Assembly (NCBI GenBank): GCA_965232515.1 | Contig: CBDDPY010000002.1 | Coordinates: 3,840,001 to 3,904,000, forward strand | DNA from: Alphaproteobacteria bacterium | GTDB taxonomy: Bacteria; Pseudomonadota; Alphaproteobacteria; GCA-2731375 | Length of the DNA stretch: 64,000 nucleotides | Direction: 5' to 3' | In this document: positions 1 to 11,531 of the stretch, one piece after another | Position numbering within the stretch: position 1 is the first letter of the stretch | Layout of the letters: the number at the start of each line of letters is the position of its first letter | Made by a program: the position numbers and the translations under genes | The notes under the pieces: generated by a model | The model's input: only the letters and a program-made list of their open reading frames with translations | The model's database searches: none | What the model was told of the DNA's origin: nothing

Positions 1-435
1 GTGTCGGATGCGACACGCCTCTGGATTCTCTATCAGGGGATCATCTTCGTCTTGGTCGTCATGTACGCGCCGCAGGGCATCGGCGGCGTGATCGTCGACC
101 ACCTGGCGCCATGGCGACGGAGAACGCTGCATGGCTTGGTGGGCCCCTATCTCATCGCGCTGCTCGCGGCATCGAGTCTGGCCGGCGGCGCCGTCTTCCT
201 CTTTGAATACCTCGCGCGCCTGTTTTCCGACCCTTATGGCATCCAGGCCGCGTGGACGAAGACGCTGCCTGTCGTCGAGCTCTTCGGTGTCACCTGGTCG
301 CATACGTCGCCAATCACCTGGCTGGTGCCGGCCATCCTGTTCGCCGTCGGTTGCCTGCTTCTCCGCAGCGCTGTCAGGCGGATCAGAGAGGTCTGGGCAC
401 GAATAAAGGCCGACAGCCTCGGAGAAGGCGAATGA
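1..435 (+). CDS. Branched-chain amino acid ABC transporter permease (LivM-like), 5'-truncated by window edge
   Basis: Hydrophobic C-terminal segment with 'W.LY.G..FVLVVMYAP.GI.G' motif; stop overlaps next ATG (ATGA). Confidence 0.8.
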   Translation: MSDATRLWILYQGIIFVLVVMYAPQGIGGVIVDHLAPWRRRTLHGLVGPYLIALLAASSLAGGAVFLFEYLARLFSDPYGIQAAWTKTLPVVELFGVTWSHTSPITWLVPAILFAVGCLLLRSAVRRIREVWARIKADSLGEGE

Positions 436-1184
436 ACGCGCCCATACTGCGACTGAACGATGTCCGGAAGTCGTTTGGCGATCTGGAGATCATCCGCGGC
501 ACCAATCTCGACGTGCGTCCCGCGGAGCGCCACGCGCTCATCGGCCCGAACGGCGCCGGAAAATCGACCATCTTCAACCTGATCTCCGGCTTGTTTCCCC
601 CGAGCGCGGGACAAATCCTGCTCCGCGACCGGCGGATCGACGGGCGCAAGCCCGAGGACATCAACAAGATGGGGCTCGGTCGGTCCTTTCAGATCACCAG
701 CATCTTCGAACGCCTATCGGTCTTCGAGAATTTGCGGATTGGCCTCATGCCACGTTTCGGCGTGCGCGGTTCCTTTATCCGGCCATTGGATTCGATCCGG
801 GCCGTCACGGAGGAAACCGAGAAGCTGATGGAAACCATCCGTTTGACCAACAGACAGGATGTTCCCGCCGGCGAGCTCCCCTATTCCGAACAGCGTGCGC
901 TGGAAATCGGCCTCACGCTGGCAACCGATCCGGATGTCATCCTGCTGGACGAACCCACGTCCGGCATGTCGCGGGAAGAAGCGGCGTATGCGGTCGATTT
1001 GATCCGCACCGTAACGGAAGGCAAGACGCTGTTGGTGGTCGAGCACGACATGGACGTGGTTTTCAAGCTGTGCGACCGGATCTCGGTCCTGGTCTACGGC
1101 GAGGTTATCGCCACCGACCGTCCGGATGCGATCCGCAACAACGCCGCCGTGCAACAGGCCTATCTCGGGGAGAGCGGGTCGTGA
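432..1184 (+). CDS. Branched-chain amino acid ABC transporter ATP-binding protein (LivG-like)
   Basis: Walker A GPNGAGKS, signature variant LPYSEQR, ILLDEPT, VEHDM; ATG at 432. Confidence 0.9.
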   Translation: MNAPILRLNDVRKSFGDLEIIRGTNLDVRPAERHALIGPNGAGKSTIFNLISGLFPPSAGQILLRDRRIDGRKPEDINKMGLGRSFQITSIFERLSVFENLRIGLMPRFGVRGSFIRPLDSIRAVTEETEKLMETIRLTNRQDVPAGELPYSEQRALEIGLTLATDPDVILLDEPTSGMSREEAAYAVDLIRTVTEGKTLLVVEHDMDVVFKLCDRISVLVYGEVIATDRPDAIRNNAAVQQAYLGESGS

Positions 1185-1891
1185 TGCTGTTGCAGGTCGA
1201 AGGGATCCATGCCCACTACGGCAAGAGCCACGTTCTCCACGGCGCCAGCTTCTGCGTCGACCGTGGCCAGATCGTCAGTGTCATCGGACGCAACGGCTCC
1301 GGCCGGTCGACGATGATCAAGGCCATTGTCGGAATTGTTAAGCCGAGCCGAGGCTCGGTCAGGCTCGATGGGATCGAGCAGTCGGGCCGGCAGACCTTTG
1401 ACATTGTCCGCGATGGCATCGCGTTCGTGCCGGAGGAACGGCTTGTCTTCAACAACCTGACCGTCGAGGAAAACCTGTTGCTAGGACGGCAACCGGCGCC
1501 GGCGGACCATGCCGTCTGGACCGTCGAGCAGATGTACGACTACTTCCCGTCGCTGCGCGAACGCCACAACACCAACGCGGGTCATTTGTCCGGCGGCGAA
1601 CAGCAGATGTTGACCATCTGTCGTTCCTTGCTGGGCAACCCGAAGATCATCTTGATCGACGAACCGACCGAAGGTCTGGCCCCCAAAATCGTCGACCGGG
1701 TCGTCGAGGTCATACGGGACATCCAACGTCATGGCATTGCCGTCGTCCTGGTCGAGCAGAAGATGACCATCGCGCTTGAGATCAGCGATGAGGTCAACGT
1801 GATGGGCCACGGACAGATCGTCTTCACCGGCACGCCCGATGAAATGCGCGCCAGCGACGATGTGCGGCAGAAGTGGCTGGAGGTGTCTTAG
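1184..1891 (+). CDS. Branched-chain amino acid ABC transporter ATP-binding protein (LivF-like)
   Basis: GRNGSGRST Walker A variant, LSGGEQQML, LIDEPTEGLAP; ATG overlaps the previous TGA. Confidence 0.9.
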   Translation: MLLQVEGIHAHYGKSHVLHGASFCVDRGQIVSVIGRNGSGRSTMIKAIVGIVKPSRGSVRLDGIEQSGRQTFDIVRDGIAFVPEERLVFNNLTVEENLLLGRQPAPADHAVWTVEQMYDYFPSLRERHNTNAGHLSGGEQQMLTICRSLLGNPKIILIDEPTEGLAPKIVDRVVEVIRDIQRHGIAVVLVEQKMTIALEISDEVNVMGHGQIVFTGTPDEMRASDDVRQKWLEVS

Positions 1892-1993
1892 TCGTCGCCC
1901 ACCGTCATCGCGGCGCGGCCTCAGACACCGTCGAAGCAAATCGGCTAGAGACAGCTCGAAAGCAAATCTCCTATACGCCAACAGCTTAAGTGG

Positions 1994-2084
1994 TGGCGGA
2001 GGGAGTGGGATTCGAACCCACGATACGGTTTTGCCGTATACACACTTTCCAGGCGTGCGCCTTCGACCACTCGGCCATCCCTCC
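1994..2084 (-). tRNA. tRNA-Ser (anticodon GGA)
   Basis: GGAGGGATGGCCGAGTGG...CCTGGAAAG...long variable arm...GGTTCGAATCCC...CCGCCA. Confidence 0.97.
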
Positions 2085-2273
2085 GCGGGCGCCGGCAAGA
2101 TATCGCAGCATATGTCGGCCGGGCAACGGCGGATTGCGGTGGCCGTCGATGGCGTTCCGCTTGCCCGTCGTTCCCGATTTGACACAGAGCCGCCGCTTCG
2201 CACAAGGTACGTGCCACATGCCGAGCAATTGCAGACACCCCGCGCCCTCCGGCATCCCGGCCGTGGCGATTTA

Positions 2274-2582
2274 ATGCCGGGCCGTATCATCGGGGTCGTG
2301 TTCGCGGCGCTCGCCCTGCTGGCGGCCGGCGGCGAGGTAGTGATGTCTCTGGAGGCCGGTGGCTGGCGGCCGCTGGCGCTCGGCCTGCTCTGGTACCGGA
2401 TCGATCCCGGCAGCTTGAATCTGTTGCAGGCCGGCGTCGAGCGGCATCTCAGCCCGACGCTGTGGGACCCGGTACTGGTGACCATCCTGCAGGCGCCGAC
2501 CTGGCTGATCCTGGGCCTGATCGCGATCCTGTTGCTCTATCTGTTCCGCCGACGACAGCCGAAACGCTGGTTCAGCAAGTAG
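2274..2582 (+). CDS. Small membrane protein, hypothetical
   Basis: ATG at 2274; two hydrophobic helices and basic tail RRRQPKRWFSK; GC3-rich codons. Confidence 0.75.
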   Translation: MPGRIIGVVFAALALLAAGGEVVMSLEAGGWRPLALGLLWYRIDPGSLNLLQAGVERHLSPTLWDPVLVTILQAPTWLILGLIAILLLYLFRRRQPKRWFSK

Positions 2583-2607
2583 CCAGGCCGTCGACCGGGC
2601 CTCGCCG

Positions 2608-4407
2608 CTACTCGCCCGTCTTCAGGGCAGCGATGAAGGCTTCCTGCGGGATCTCGACCTTGCCGAATGTGCGCATGCGCTTCTTGCCGGCCTTCTGCTT
2701 CTCCAGCAGCTTGCGCTTGCGGGTGACGTCGCCGCCATAGCACTTCGCCAGCACGTCCTTGCGCAGCGCCTTGACCGTCTCGCGGGCGATGATCTTGCCG
2801 CCGATCGCGGCCTGCACGGCGATCGGAAAGAGCTGCCGCGGGATCAGGTCCTTCAGCCGCTCGCACATGGCCCGGCCGCGCTTCTCGGCCCGGGTCCGGT
2901 GCACGATCATCGACAGCGCGTCGACCGGCTCGCCGTTCACCAGGATCGACATCTTCACCAGCTCGTTCGCCTCGTAGTCCTCGATCTGGTAATCGAAGCT
3001 GGCATAGCCGCGGCTGACCGACTTCAGCCGGTCGTAGAAGTCGAACACCACCTCGTTCAGCGGCAGCCGGTATTCGACCATGGCGCGGCTGCCGGCATAG
3101 GTCAGCGTGCTCTGAATGCCGCGGCGCTCCTCGCACAGCTTCAGCACCGCGCCCAGATGCTCGTCCGGCACCAGGATCGTCGCCTTGATCCACGGCTCCT
3201 CGATGCGGTCGATCTTCACCGGGTCCGGCATGTCGGCCGGATTGTGGATCTCCAGCATCTCGCCGTCGGTCATGTGGATGCGATAGATCACGCTCGGCGC
3301 CGTCGTGATCAGGTCGATGTTGAACTCGCGCTCCAGCCGCTGCTGCACGATCTCCATGTGCAGGAGGCCCAGGAATCCGCACCGGAAGCCGAAGCCCAGC
3401 GCCGGCGAGGTCTCCATCTCGAACTGGAAGCTGGCGTCGTTCAGGCGGAGCTTCGCGAGACTCTCGCGCAGGTCCTCGAACTCGCCGGCGTCGACCGGGA
3501 ACAGGCCGCAGAACACCACCGGCACCGACGGCTTGAAGCCGGCGAGCGGCGCCGCCGTCGGCCGTTTCTCCTCAGTGATGGTGTCGCCGACCTGGGTGTC
3601 GGCGACGTCCTTGATCGAGGCGGTGATGTAACCGATCTCGCCCGGTCCCAATTCCTTGACTTGGGCGATCTTCGGCTGGAACACGCCGACCTGCTCGACC
3701 AGATGCACGGCACCGCTCGACATCAGCTTGACGCGCATGCCCTTGGCCAGACGCCCGTCGATCATGCGTACCAGCACGATGACGCCGAGATAAGCGTCGT
3801 ACCAGCTGTCGACCAGCAACGCCTTCAGCGGCGCCGCGCCGTCGCCCTCGGGCGGCGGCAGGCGGGTCACCAGCGCCTCCAGCACCTCCTCGATGCCCTT
3901 GCCGGTCTTGGCCGAGGTCGGAATTGCGTCCGACGCGTCGATGCCGACCACGTCCTCGATCTGCGCCTGCACGCGCTCGGGCTCGGCCGCCGGCAGATCG
4001 ATCTTGTTCAGCACCGGCACGATCTCGTGGTCGTTGTCAATGGCCTGATAGACGTTCGCCAGCGTCTGCGCCTCGACGCCTTGGCTCGCGTCAACCACCA
4101 GCAGCGAACCCTCGCAGGCCGCCAGCGACCGGTTCACCTCGTAGGCGAAATCGACATGGCCCGGCGTGTCGATCAGGTTCAGGACATAGTCCTCCCCGTC
4201 GCGCGCGCGATATTGCAGCCGCACGGTCTGGGCCTTGATGGTGATGCCGCGCTCGCGTTCCAGATCCATGGAGTCGAGCACCTGCTCGGCCATCTCGCGC
4301 TTTTCCAGGCCGCCGCAGGTCTCGATCAGGCGGTCGGCCAGCGTCGACTTGCCATGGTCGATATGGGCGATGATCGCGAAGTTGCGGATATGCGCCAGAT
4401 CCGTCAT
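2608..4407 (-). CDS. lepA: Elongation factor 4 (LepA)
   Basis: [56 protein letters not shown]. Confidence 0.99.
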   Translation of the reverse strand: MTDLAHIRNFAIIAHIDHGKSTLADRLIETCGGLEKREMAEQVLDSMDLERERGITIKAQTVRLQYRARDGEDYVLNLIDTPGHVDFAYEVNRSLAACEGSLLVVDASQGVEAQTLANVYQAIDNDHEIVPVLNKIDLPAAEPERVQAQIEDVVGIDASDAIPTSAKTGKGIEEVLEALVTRLPPPEGDGAAPLKALLVDSWYDAYLGVIVLVRMIDGRLAKGMRVKLMSSGAVHLVEQVGVFQPKIAQVKELGPGEIGYITASIKDVADTQVGDTITEEKRPTAAPLAGFKPSVPVVFCGLFPVDAGEFEDLRESLAKLRLNDASFQFEMETSPALGFGFRCGFLGLLHMEIVQQRLEREFNIDLITTAPSVIYRIHMTDGEMLEIHNPADMPDPVKIDRIEEPWIKATILVPDEHLGAVLKLCEERRGIQSTLTYAGSRAMVEYRLPLNEVVFDFYDRLKSVSRGYASFDYQIEDYEANELVKMSILVNGEPVDALSMIVHRTRAEKRGRAMCERLKDLIPRQLFPIAVQAAIGGKIIARETVKALRKDVLAKCYGGDVTRKRKLLEKQKAGKKRMRTFGKVEIPQEAFIAALKTGE

Positions 4408-4430
4408 CGCCGTCGTCGGTTGCTCCCCAT

Positions 4431-6836
4431 CTAACCGCGCAGGGTCGCGCCGGTCGCCTTGGCGACGGCCGCCACGATCTTCTCGGCCACGGCGTCGATC
4501 TCCGGGTCGGTCAGCGTGCGCTCGCGCGGTTCCAGCCGCACGGCGATCGCCACCGATTTCTTGCCCGCGTCGATGCCGGCGCCGCTGTAGACGTCGAACA
4601 CGCCGACCTCCGTCACCAGCGTCTTCTCGGCGCCTCTCGCCGCACGGATGATCTTGTCGGCCGGCACGTCGTCGTCAACCACGAAAGCGAAGTCGCGGTC
4701 GACGGCCGGGAAGTTCGACGGATCGAACTTCGGCCGCGTGCGGGTGCCCTTGGCTTTCGGCAGCGGCAGATGGGTCACGAAAACCTCGAAGCCGACCAGC
4801 GGGCCGGCGACCTCCATGGCGTCCAGGATGCGCGGATGGATCTCGCCGAACCAGGCCAGCACGTTTTTCGGCCCGAGCTGGATCGCGCCCGAGCGGCCGG
4901 GATGGTACCAGGCCGGCGCACTATCCGTGACCTGCAGGTTCGCCACCGGCGCGCCCAGGGCGGCCAGCACCGCCATCGCGTCCGCCTTGGCGTCGAAGGC
5001 GTCGACGGGCCGGCCGCCGCCGTCCCAATGCCGGCCGACAGTGCCGCCGCGCCGGATACCGGTCGCCATGGTCGACTGGCCGTCGGCCGTGTCGTCGGCA
5101 TATTGCGGTCCAACCTCGAACAGACCGACATCGTCGAAGCCACGGTCGACATTGCGACCCGCCGCCTCGATCAGGTTCGGCAGGATGCTCGGCCGCATGA
5201 CGTCGAGCTCCGAGCTGATCGGGTTCTCCAGCGCAAGCGCCGGCTGGCCGCCGCCGAACAGCTCGGCGTAACGCCGACGCATGAACGACCAGGTCATGCA
5301 CTCGACAAGACCGCGGGTGGCCAGCAGCCGTTTCGCCGCCGGCACGCGCCGCTGCATGGGCGTCAAGGCCGGCTCGGCGACTACCGACGTGCGCGGCAGC
5401 GACACGAACGGGATGTTGTCGAAGCCGGCGATGCGCGTGACCTCCTCGACCAGATCGGCCTCGCCGTCGATGTCGGAACGCCAGGTCGGCACGGTCGCGG
5501 CGATGCCGCCGTCCGCATCGGCGACCTGGAAACCCAACGCCGAGAGAATACGGGACTGTTCGTCGGCCGGCACGTCGATGCCGCCCAGGTTCTTCACCCG
5601 GTCGCGACGCAGCGTCACCGTCTTCGGCGGCACTTCCGGCGAGCCGGCAATCACCGGCTTGCTGGCCTCGCCGCCGCACAGATCCAGGATCAGCCGTGTC
5701 GCATACTCGACGCCCGGCAGCACCATGCCCGGATCGACGCCGCGCTCGAAGCGGTAGCGGGCGTCGCTTTCGAGATTGAGCTTGCGCCCCGTCGCCGCCG
5801 TGCGTTTCGGATCGAACAGCGCCACTTCCAGGAACATGTTCGTGGTCGTCTCGGTGCAGCCGGAATGCTCGCCGCCCATGACGCCGCCCAGACCCTCGGG
5901 ACCGGCGTCGTCGGCGATCACCGTCATCTCCGGATCGATCTCGTAGGTCTTGCCGTTCAGCGCATCCAGCGTTTCACCCGGCCTGCCGAGCCGCGCATGA
6001 ATGTTCCCGTTCACCTTGTCGGCGTCGAACACGTGCAACGGGCGGCCCAGATCGTAGGTCACATAATTGGTGATATCGACCAGCGCCGAGATCGGCCGCA
6101 AGCCGATCGCCAGCAGCCGGCGCTGCATCCAGTCCGGGCTGGGTCCGTTCTTCAGGCCGCGGAAGTAGCGGCCGACAAAGCACGGACAGGCGTTCGCCGT
6201 CTCGGCCGAGAACTCCAGCGTCACGTCGATCGGGCTGTCGAACCCGCCCGACACGGCGGGCGGATCGAACGGCTTCAACGTGCCGAGGCCCGCGGCGGCG
6301 AGATCGCGCGCGACGCCGCGCACGCCCAGGCAGTCCTGCCGGTTCGGCGTGATCGCGACTTCGATCACCTGATCGCCCAGGCCCATGACCTCGGCGAAAG
6401 CGGCACCGACCGGCGCGTCGTCCGCCAGCTCGATGATGCCCTCGTGCTCATCGCTGATGCCCATCTCGCGCTCGGAGCAGAGCATGCCGTTCGATTCCTC
6501 GCCGCGGATCTTCGACGGCTTCAACAGCAGACCGGTGCCGGGAATGGTCGTGCCCGACGGCGCGAACACGCCCTTCATGCCGGTGCGTGCGTTCGGCGCC
6601 CCGCAGACGACCTGGACCTGCTCCTGGCCCGTATCGACGATACAGACCCGCAGTCGATCGGCGTTCGGATGCTGCCGCGCCTCGATCACGTGGGCGACCG
6701 TGAACGGCGCCAATTCGGCGGCACGGTCGTGTACGCCCTCGAGCTCGAGCCCGATCGAGGTCAGCTTGTCGGTGATTTCCTGCAGGCTCGCATCCGTTTC
6801 CAGATGCTCCTTCAGCCAGGCCAGCGTGAATTTCAT
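4431..6836 (-). CDS. pheT: Phenylalanine-tRNA ligase beta subunit
   Basis: [12 protein letters not shown] start, [24 protein letters not shown]-terminal FDX-ACB domain (RDFAFVV...TLTD). Confidence 0.98.
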   Translation of the reverse strand: MKFTLAWLKEHLETDASLQEITDKLTSIGLELEGVHDRAAELAPFTVAHVIEARQHPNADRLRVCIVDTGQEQVQVVCGAPNARTGMKGVFAPSGTTIPGTGLLLKPSKIRGEESNGMLCSEREMGISDEHEGIIELADDAPVGAAFAEVMGLGDQVIEVAITPNRQDCLGVRGVARDLAAAGLGTLKPFDPPAVSGGFDSPIDVTLEFSAETANACPCFVGRYFRGLKNGPSPDWMQRRLLAIGLRPISALVDITNYVTYDLGRPLHVFDADKVNGNIHARLGRPGETLDALNGKTYEIDPEMTVIADDAGPEGLGGVMGGEHSGCTETTTNMFLEVALFDPKRTAATGRKLNLESDARYRFERGVDPGMVLPGVEYATRLILDLCGGEASKPVIAGSPEVPPKTVTLRRDRVKNLGGIDVPADEQSRILSALGFQVADADGGIAATVPTWRSDIDGEADLVEEVTRIAGFDNIPFVSLPRTSVVAEPALTPMQRRVPAAKRLLATRGLVECMTWSFMRRRYAELFGGGQPALALENPISSELDVMRPSILPNLIEAAGRNVDRGFDDVGLFEVGPQYADDTADGQSTMATGIRRGGTVGRHWDGGGRPVDAFDAKADAMAVLAALGAPVANLQVTDSAPAWYHPGRSGAIQLGPKNVLAWFGEIHPRILDAMEVAGPLVGFEVFVTHLPLPKAKGTRTRPKFDPSNFPAVDRDFAFVVDDDVPADKIIRAARGAEKTLVTEVGVFDVYSGAGIDAGKKSVAIAVRLEPRERTLTDPEIDAVAEKIVAAVAKATGATLRG

Positions 6837-7915
6837 CATCGCGACAGCCCTCCGGCGAGCGTCGGCACCGCCATTGGCACGAAGCCATAGTGCTTCAGCC
6901 AGCGCAGGTCGGACTCGAAGAACGCCCGCAGATCCGGTGGCCCATACTTCAGCATGGCGATCCGGTCGAGCCCCATGCCCCAGGCGAAGCCCTGGTACTC
7001 GTTCGGGTCGACGTCGCACATCTCGAGCACGCGCGGATTGACCATGCCGCAGCCCAGGATCTCCAGCCAGTCGTCGCCCTCGCCGATGCGGATCTGGCCG
7101 CCCTCGTACGAACAGCCGATATCCACCTCGGCCGACGGCTCCGTGAACGGGAAGTAGCTCGGCCGGAAGCGGAACTTCACGTGCTCCACCTCGAAGAAGG
7201 CCTTGCAGAAATCGTACAGAACGCCCTTCAGGTGCCCCATATGGGACTCCCGGTCGATCACCAGGCCCTCGACCTGATGGAACATGGGCGTGTGCGTCAT
7301 GTCCGAGTCCGACCGATAGGTCCGGCCCGGCACGATGATCCGGATCGGCGGCTCGGTCGTCCGCATCGTGCGGACCTGCACGGGCGAGGTATGCGTCCGC
7401 AGGACCTTGCGGTTCCCGTCCGCGTCCGGCGGCAGATAGAACGTGTCGTGCATCTGCCGGGCCGGATGCTCCGGCGGGATGTTCAGCGCCGTGAAGTTGT
7501 GGAAATCGTCCTCGATGTCAGGGCCTTCGGCGATGGTGAAGCCCATATCGGCGAAGATCTGGGTCAGCTCGTCCAGCACCTGGCTGACGGGATGGATGCG
7601 GCCCTCGGTCTCCGGTCGCACCGGCAGGGTGACGTCCACCCGTTCCGATGCCAGCCGCGCATCCAGCTCGGCCGACTTCAAGGCCTCGCGCCGCGCGGCG
7701 ACGGCGTCGCCCACGCGCTGCTTCAAGCCGTTGATGGCGGCGCCCGCGTTCTGGCGCTCCTCGGGCGACATCCCGCCCAGGCTCTTCAGCAGCTCGGTAA
7801 TGCGGCCCTTGCGGCCCAGCGCGGAGATCCGCACCTCTTCCAGCGCCGCCATGTCGGCCGAGCCGTCGATGGCGGTCACGAATTCGCGCTCCAGCGCGTC
7901 GATTTCAGCAAGCAT
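6836..7915 (-). CDS. pheS: Phenylalanine-tRNA ligase alpha subunit
   Basis: [45 protein letters not shown]. Confidence 0.99.
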   Translation of the reverse strand: MLAEIDALEREFVTAIDGSADMAALEEVRISALGRKGRITELLKSLGGMSPEERQNAGAAINGLKQRVGDAVAARREALKSAELDARLASERVDVTLPVRPETEGRIHPVSQVLDELTQIFADMGFTIAEGPDIEDDFHNFTALNIPPEHPARQMHDTFYLPPDADGNRKVLRTHTSPVQVRTMRTTEPPIRIIVPGRTYRSDSDMTHTPMFHQVEGLVIDRESHMGHLKGVLYDFCKAFFEVEHVKFRFRPSYFPFTEPSAEVDIGCSYEGGQIRIGEGDDWLEILGCGMVNPRVLEMCDVDPNEYQGFAWGMGLDRIAMLKYGPPDLRAFFESDLRWLKHYGFVPMAVPTLAGGLSR

Positions 7916-8024
7916 GTCTTTCCGTCACGTCGTCATATCAATCGCATCGGGAAACCCGGGGTGAGACGGGCCCCTTACGCACTGCAAGATCGATCGTCGG
8001 AAAGCGGCCCGTTCGGGCGCCCGG

Positions 8025-8390
8025 TCAACCGGCGTTGGCCAATGCCTGGCTCGCCTGGTCGACAAGCGCCTTGAAGGCCTCAGGTTCGTGGACGGCGATG
8101 TCGGCCAAGATCTTGCGGTCGACATCGATGCCGGCGAACTTGAGGCCGCTCATAAATCGGGCATAGTTCATGCCGTGCTGGCGGCTCGCCGCGTTGATCC
8201 GCTGGATCCAGAGCGACCGGAAATTCCGCTTCTTGACCCGCCGGTCGCGATAGGCGTACTCGCCGGCCTTGTCCACCGCCTGCTTGGCGACGCGGATGGT
8301 ATTCTTGCGCCGTCCGCGATAGCCCTTGGCCTGCTTCAGGACCTTTTTGTGCCGGGCGTGCGAGGTGACGCCCCGTTTGACTCGCGCCAT
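8025..8390 (-). CDS. rplT: 50S ribosomal protein L20
   Basis: [16 protein letters not shown]...YAYRDRR..KR.FR.LWI.RINAA. Confidence 0.99.
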   Translation of the reverse strand: MARVKRGVTSHARHKKVLKQAKGYRGRRKNTIRVAKQAVDKAGEYAYRDRRVKKRNFRSLWIQRINAASRQHGMNYARFMSGLKFAGIDVDRKILADIAVHEPEAFKALVDQASQALANAG

Positions 8391-8402
8391 ATCGGTGCCT
8401 CC

Positions 8403-8600
8403 TCAGCCGTTCGGCAGGAATTTCTTCACGATCTTGGCGTCCGCGGAGCTCATGATCGTGGTGCCGCGCAGGTTGCGGATCTGCTTGTTGGTGCGCTTGA
8501 TCATGCCATGGCGTTTGCCGGCATGCTGGCGGCGCACCTTGCCGCTGGCCGTCAGGCGGAACCGCTTCTTGGCGCCGCTCTTGGTCTTCATCTTGGGCAT
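8403..8600 (-). CDS. rpmI: 50S ribosomal protein L35
   Basis: [14 protein letters not shown]; 65 aa from ATG at 8600. Confidence 0.98.
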   Translation of the reverse strand: MPKMKTKSGAKKRFRLTASGKVRRQHAGKRHGMIKRTNKQIRNLRGTTIMSSADAKIVKKFLPNG

Positions 8601-8729
8601 TTCGCTTCCCTTTTTCGAACCAGGTACCGCGATCCGATTTTGGTTCAGAACTCGGATCAGAAGCCGTTTTGAGCGGACGGGCATGCCCAGGGGCGTATGC
8701 CCCGCGCCGGGCCGCTCGGCAAGCGCGCG

Positions 8730-8758
8730 TTTATAGCCGCCGCATCAGGGCGATGCAA
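8730..8758 (-). promoter_or_regulatory. Sigma70-type promoter upstream of rpmI-rplT
   Basis: Minus strand TTGCAT-N17-TATAAA. Confidence 0.6.
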
Positions 8759-8803
8759 GCGCGCAAACGTGACAGATAGCCCCGGTCAGGGGCGCCGAAG
8801 CGC

Positions 8804-9340
8804 TTACTTCGGCGCGATGACCATGGTCATCTGCCGGCCTTCCATTTTCGGAAACTGCTCGACCTTGGAGACTTCTTGCAGATCGTCCCGGACCCGGTGC
8901 AGGACCCGCATGCCGAGTTCCTGGTGCGCCATTTCGCGTCCGCGGAATCGCAGGGTCACTTTCACCTTGTCGCCTTCGTCGATGAATTTGGTCATCGACC
9001 GCATCTTGACGTCATAGTCGTGCTGGTCGATGTTCGGCCGCATCTTGATTTCCTTGATATCGACCGTTTTCTGCTTCTTTCGAGCCTCGTTCGCCTTTTT
9101 CTGGGCCTTGTACTTGAACTTGCCGTAATCGAGGATCTTGCAGACCGGCGGATCGGCATTCGGCGAGACCTCGACGAGGTCCATGCCGGCCTCGGCCGCC
9201 ATGTCCAGCGCTTCGTCAATACCGACGATGCCGACATTCTCACCATCGGCGCCGACCAGCCTCACCTTGTCGACATCGATGTCGTTGTTCACGCGCGGAC
9301 CCTCGCGGGTCGGCGGCGCGGTCACAAAGTAGCGTGCGAT
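8804..9340 (-). CDS. infC: Translation initiation factor IF-3 (probable AUC start)
   Basis: PRVN..I....[39 protein letters not shown]; in-frame ATC at 9340 lies 8 nt after GGAG. Confidence 0.95.
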   Translation of the reverse strand: MARYFVTAPPTREGPRVNNDIDVDKVRLVGADGENVGIVGIDEALDMAAEAGMDLVEVSPNADPPVCKILDYGKFKYKAQKKANEARKKQKTVDIKEIKMRPNIDQHDYDVKMRSMTKFIDEGDKVKVTLRFRGREMAHQELGMRVLHRVRDDLQEVSKVEQFPKMEGRQMTMVIAPK

Positions 9341-9457
9341 GTATCCATCTCCTTGGACGTTGCAAAAAAAGCTGTCATTCGCCGCCTGTTCCCATGCGCC
9401 CAGGCGGCCGGAAATCTCACCATAATATAAGTGTTCGACGCGGCGGTTGACAAAAGA

Positions 9458-11371
9458 TTAAACGCCGGGAGCCGCTGATTCTCCCGCGAGCTGGGCGATC
9501 ACGTCATCGCACGGCAGCACGTCCTGACGCTTGTCGCCGAGGCGCCGTACGGCCAGCGTCTTGGCCTCCATCTCGTTCTTGCCGACGGCGACGATGACCG
9601 GCACCTTGGCCAGACTGTGCTCGCGCACCTTGTAGCCGATCTTTTCGTTGCGGAGATCGAGCTCGACCCTGAGGCCGGCCGCGTGCATCTGCTCCGCGAC
9701 CTCGCGGGCATAGGCGTCGGCGTCGTTGGTGATGGTGGCGATCATCACCTGCACCGGCGCCAGCCAGAGCGGGAAGCGGCCGGCGAAGTTCTCGATCAGG
9801 ATGCCGATCCAGCGCTCGAACGAACCGAGGATCGCCCGGTGCAGCATGACCGGACGGTGCCGCTGGTTGTCCTCGCCCACATAGGTGGCGTCGAGCCGTT
9901 CGGGCAACACGAAATCGACCTGCAATGTGCCGCACTGCCAATCCCGGCCGATGGCGTCGCGCAGCACGAATTCCAGCTTGGGCCCGTAAAACGCGCCCTC
10001 GCCCGGGTTCATGGTATAGGGCAGGCCGGCCGCTTCGACCGCCGTCTTCAAAGCCGCTTCGGCCCGGTCCCAGACGTCGTCCTCGCCGGCCCGCACCGGC
10101 GGCCGGTCGGCGAACTTGACCATCACGTCGCTGAAGCCGAAGTCGCGGTAGACGCCCATCAGCAGGTCGCAGAACTTGATGCTCTCGTCGGTGATCTGAT
10201 CGTCTGAGCAGAAGATATGGGCATCGTCCTGCACGAAGGCGCGCACCCGCATCAGCCCATGCAGCGCGCCCGACGGCTCGTACCGGTGGCAGCCGCCGAA
10301 CTCGGCCATGCGCAGCGGCAGGTCGCGATAGCTCTTCAGGCGCTGCTTGAAGATCTGCACGTGCCCCGGACAGTTCATCGGCTTCAGCGCGAAGACTCGT
10401 TCTTCCGACTCCGACGTGTACATGTGCTCGCGGAACTTCTCCCAATGGCCCGAGGCCTCCCACAGGGTCCGGTCCACCAGCTGCGGCGTCTTCACCTCAT
10501 CGTAGCCGGCCGCGTCCAGCCGGTCGCGCATGTAGCGCTCAACGGTGCGATAGAGCGTCCAGCCCTTGGGGTGCCAGAACACCATGCCGGCCGCCTCTTC
10601 CTGGAAATGGAACAGGTCCATCTCGCGGCCGAGCCGCCGGTGGTCGCGGCGCTCGGCCTCTTCCAGGCGGTGCAGATAGGCCTTCAGCTCCTTGTCGGTG
10701 CGCCAGCAGGTGCCATAGACGCGCTGCAGCATCTCGTTGCGCGAGTCGCCGCGCCAATAGGCGCCGGCGATTTTCATCAACTTGAACGACGTGCCCAGCT
10801 TGCCGGTCGACGGCAGATGCGGACCGACGCAGAGGTCGATAAATTCGCCCTGCCGATAGACCGAGATCACCTCGTCCTCCGGTAGATCGGCGATGATCTC
10901 GGCCTTGTAAAGCTCGCCGATCGATTTGAAATAGCCGATGGCGTCGTCGCGGTCCCAGACCTCGCGGACGATCTCCTCGTCGCGGCCAACGATCTCGCGC
11001 ATCCGCGCTTCCATGGTCTCGAGGTCGTCGGGCGTGAACGGCTCGGACCGAGAGAAGTCGTAATAGAAGCCGTCGTCGATCGCCGGGCCGATGGTGACCT
11101 GGATATCCGGCCACAGCTCCTTCGCGGCTTCCGCCAGCACGTGCGCGCAGTCATGCCGCAGCAGCTCCAACGCGTCGTCGTCCTTGGCGGTGACGATTTC
11201 CAGCGCCGCGTCCTGCGCGATCGGCAACGACAGGTCGACCAGCGTGCCGTCGATCCGCGCCGCCAACGCCGCCTTGGCGAGGCCCGGGCCGATATCGGCC
11301 GCCACCGTGGCGGCGGTGACCGGGCCGTCATATTCTCGAGTGCTACCGTCGGGGAGACTGATGGAAACCAT
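9458..11371 (-). CDS. thrS: Threonine-tRNA ligase
   Basis: TGS domain, [50 protein letters not shown]. Confidence 0.99.
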   Translation of the reverse strand: MVSISLPDGSTREYDGPVTAATVAADIGPGLAKAALAARIDGTLVDLSLPIAQDAALEIVTAKDDDALELLRHDCAHVLAEAAKELWPDIQVTIGPAIDDGFYYDFSRSEPFTPDDLETMEARMREIVGRDEEIVREVWDRDDAIGYFKSIGELYKAEIIADLPEDEVISVYRQGEFIDLCVGPHLPSTGKLGTSFKLMKIAGAYWRGDSRNEMLQRVYGTCWRTDKELKAYLHRLEEAERRDHRRLGREMDLFHFQEEAAGMVFWHPKGWTLYRTVERYMRDRLDAAGYDEVKTPQLVDRTLWEASGHWEKFREHMYTSESEERVFALKPMNCPGHVQIFKQRLKSYRDLPLRMAEFGGCHRYEPSGALHGLMRVRAFVQDDAHIFCSDDQITDESIKFCDLLMGVYRDFGFSDVMVKFADRPPVRAGEDDVWDRAEAALKTAVEAAGLPYTMNPGEGAFYGPKLEFVLRDAIGRDWQCGTLQVDFVLPERLDATYVGEDNQRHRPVMLHRAILGSFERWIGILIENFAGRFPLWLAPVQVMIATITNDADAYAREVAEQMHAAGLRVELDLRNEKIGYKVREHSLAKVPVIVAVGKNEMEAKTLAVRRLGDKRQDVLPCDDVIAQLAGESAAPGV

Positions 11372-11531
11372 GGACAACAGGATCCAGCTACGTTGCGGCC
11401 GCCGGAGAACGCGGCCGGTGCGGGCGAAAAAGAAGCGAGATTTAACGCGCTGTCAAGGCGGCCCCGGCACAGTATCCTGGCGGTTGTATAGTCTCATCAT
11501 TAAATACAATTAAGCTTAAGGAATTATCGCC

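Noticed and set aside
11500-11519. Three TTAA motifs resembling a CtrA box
   Set aside because: Spacings are 6 and 2 nt, not TTAA-N7-TTAA.
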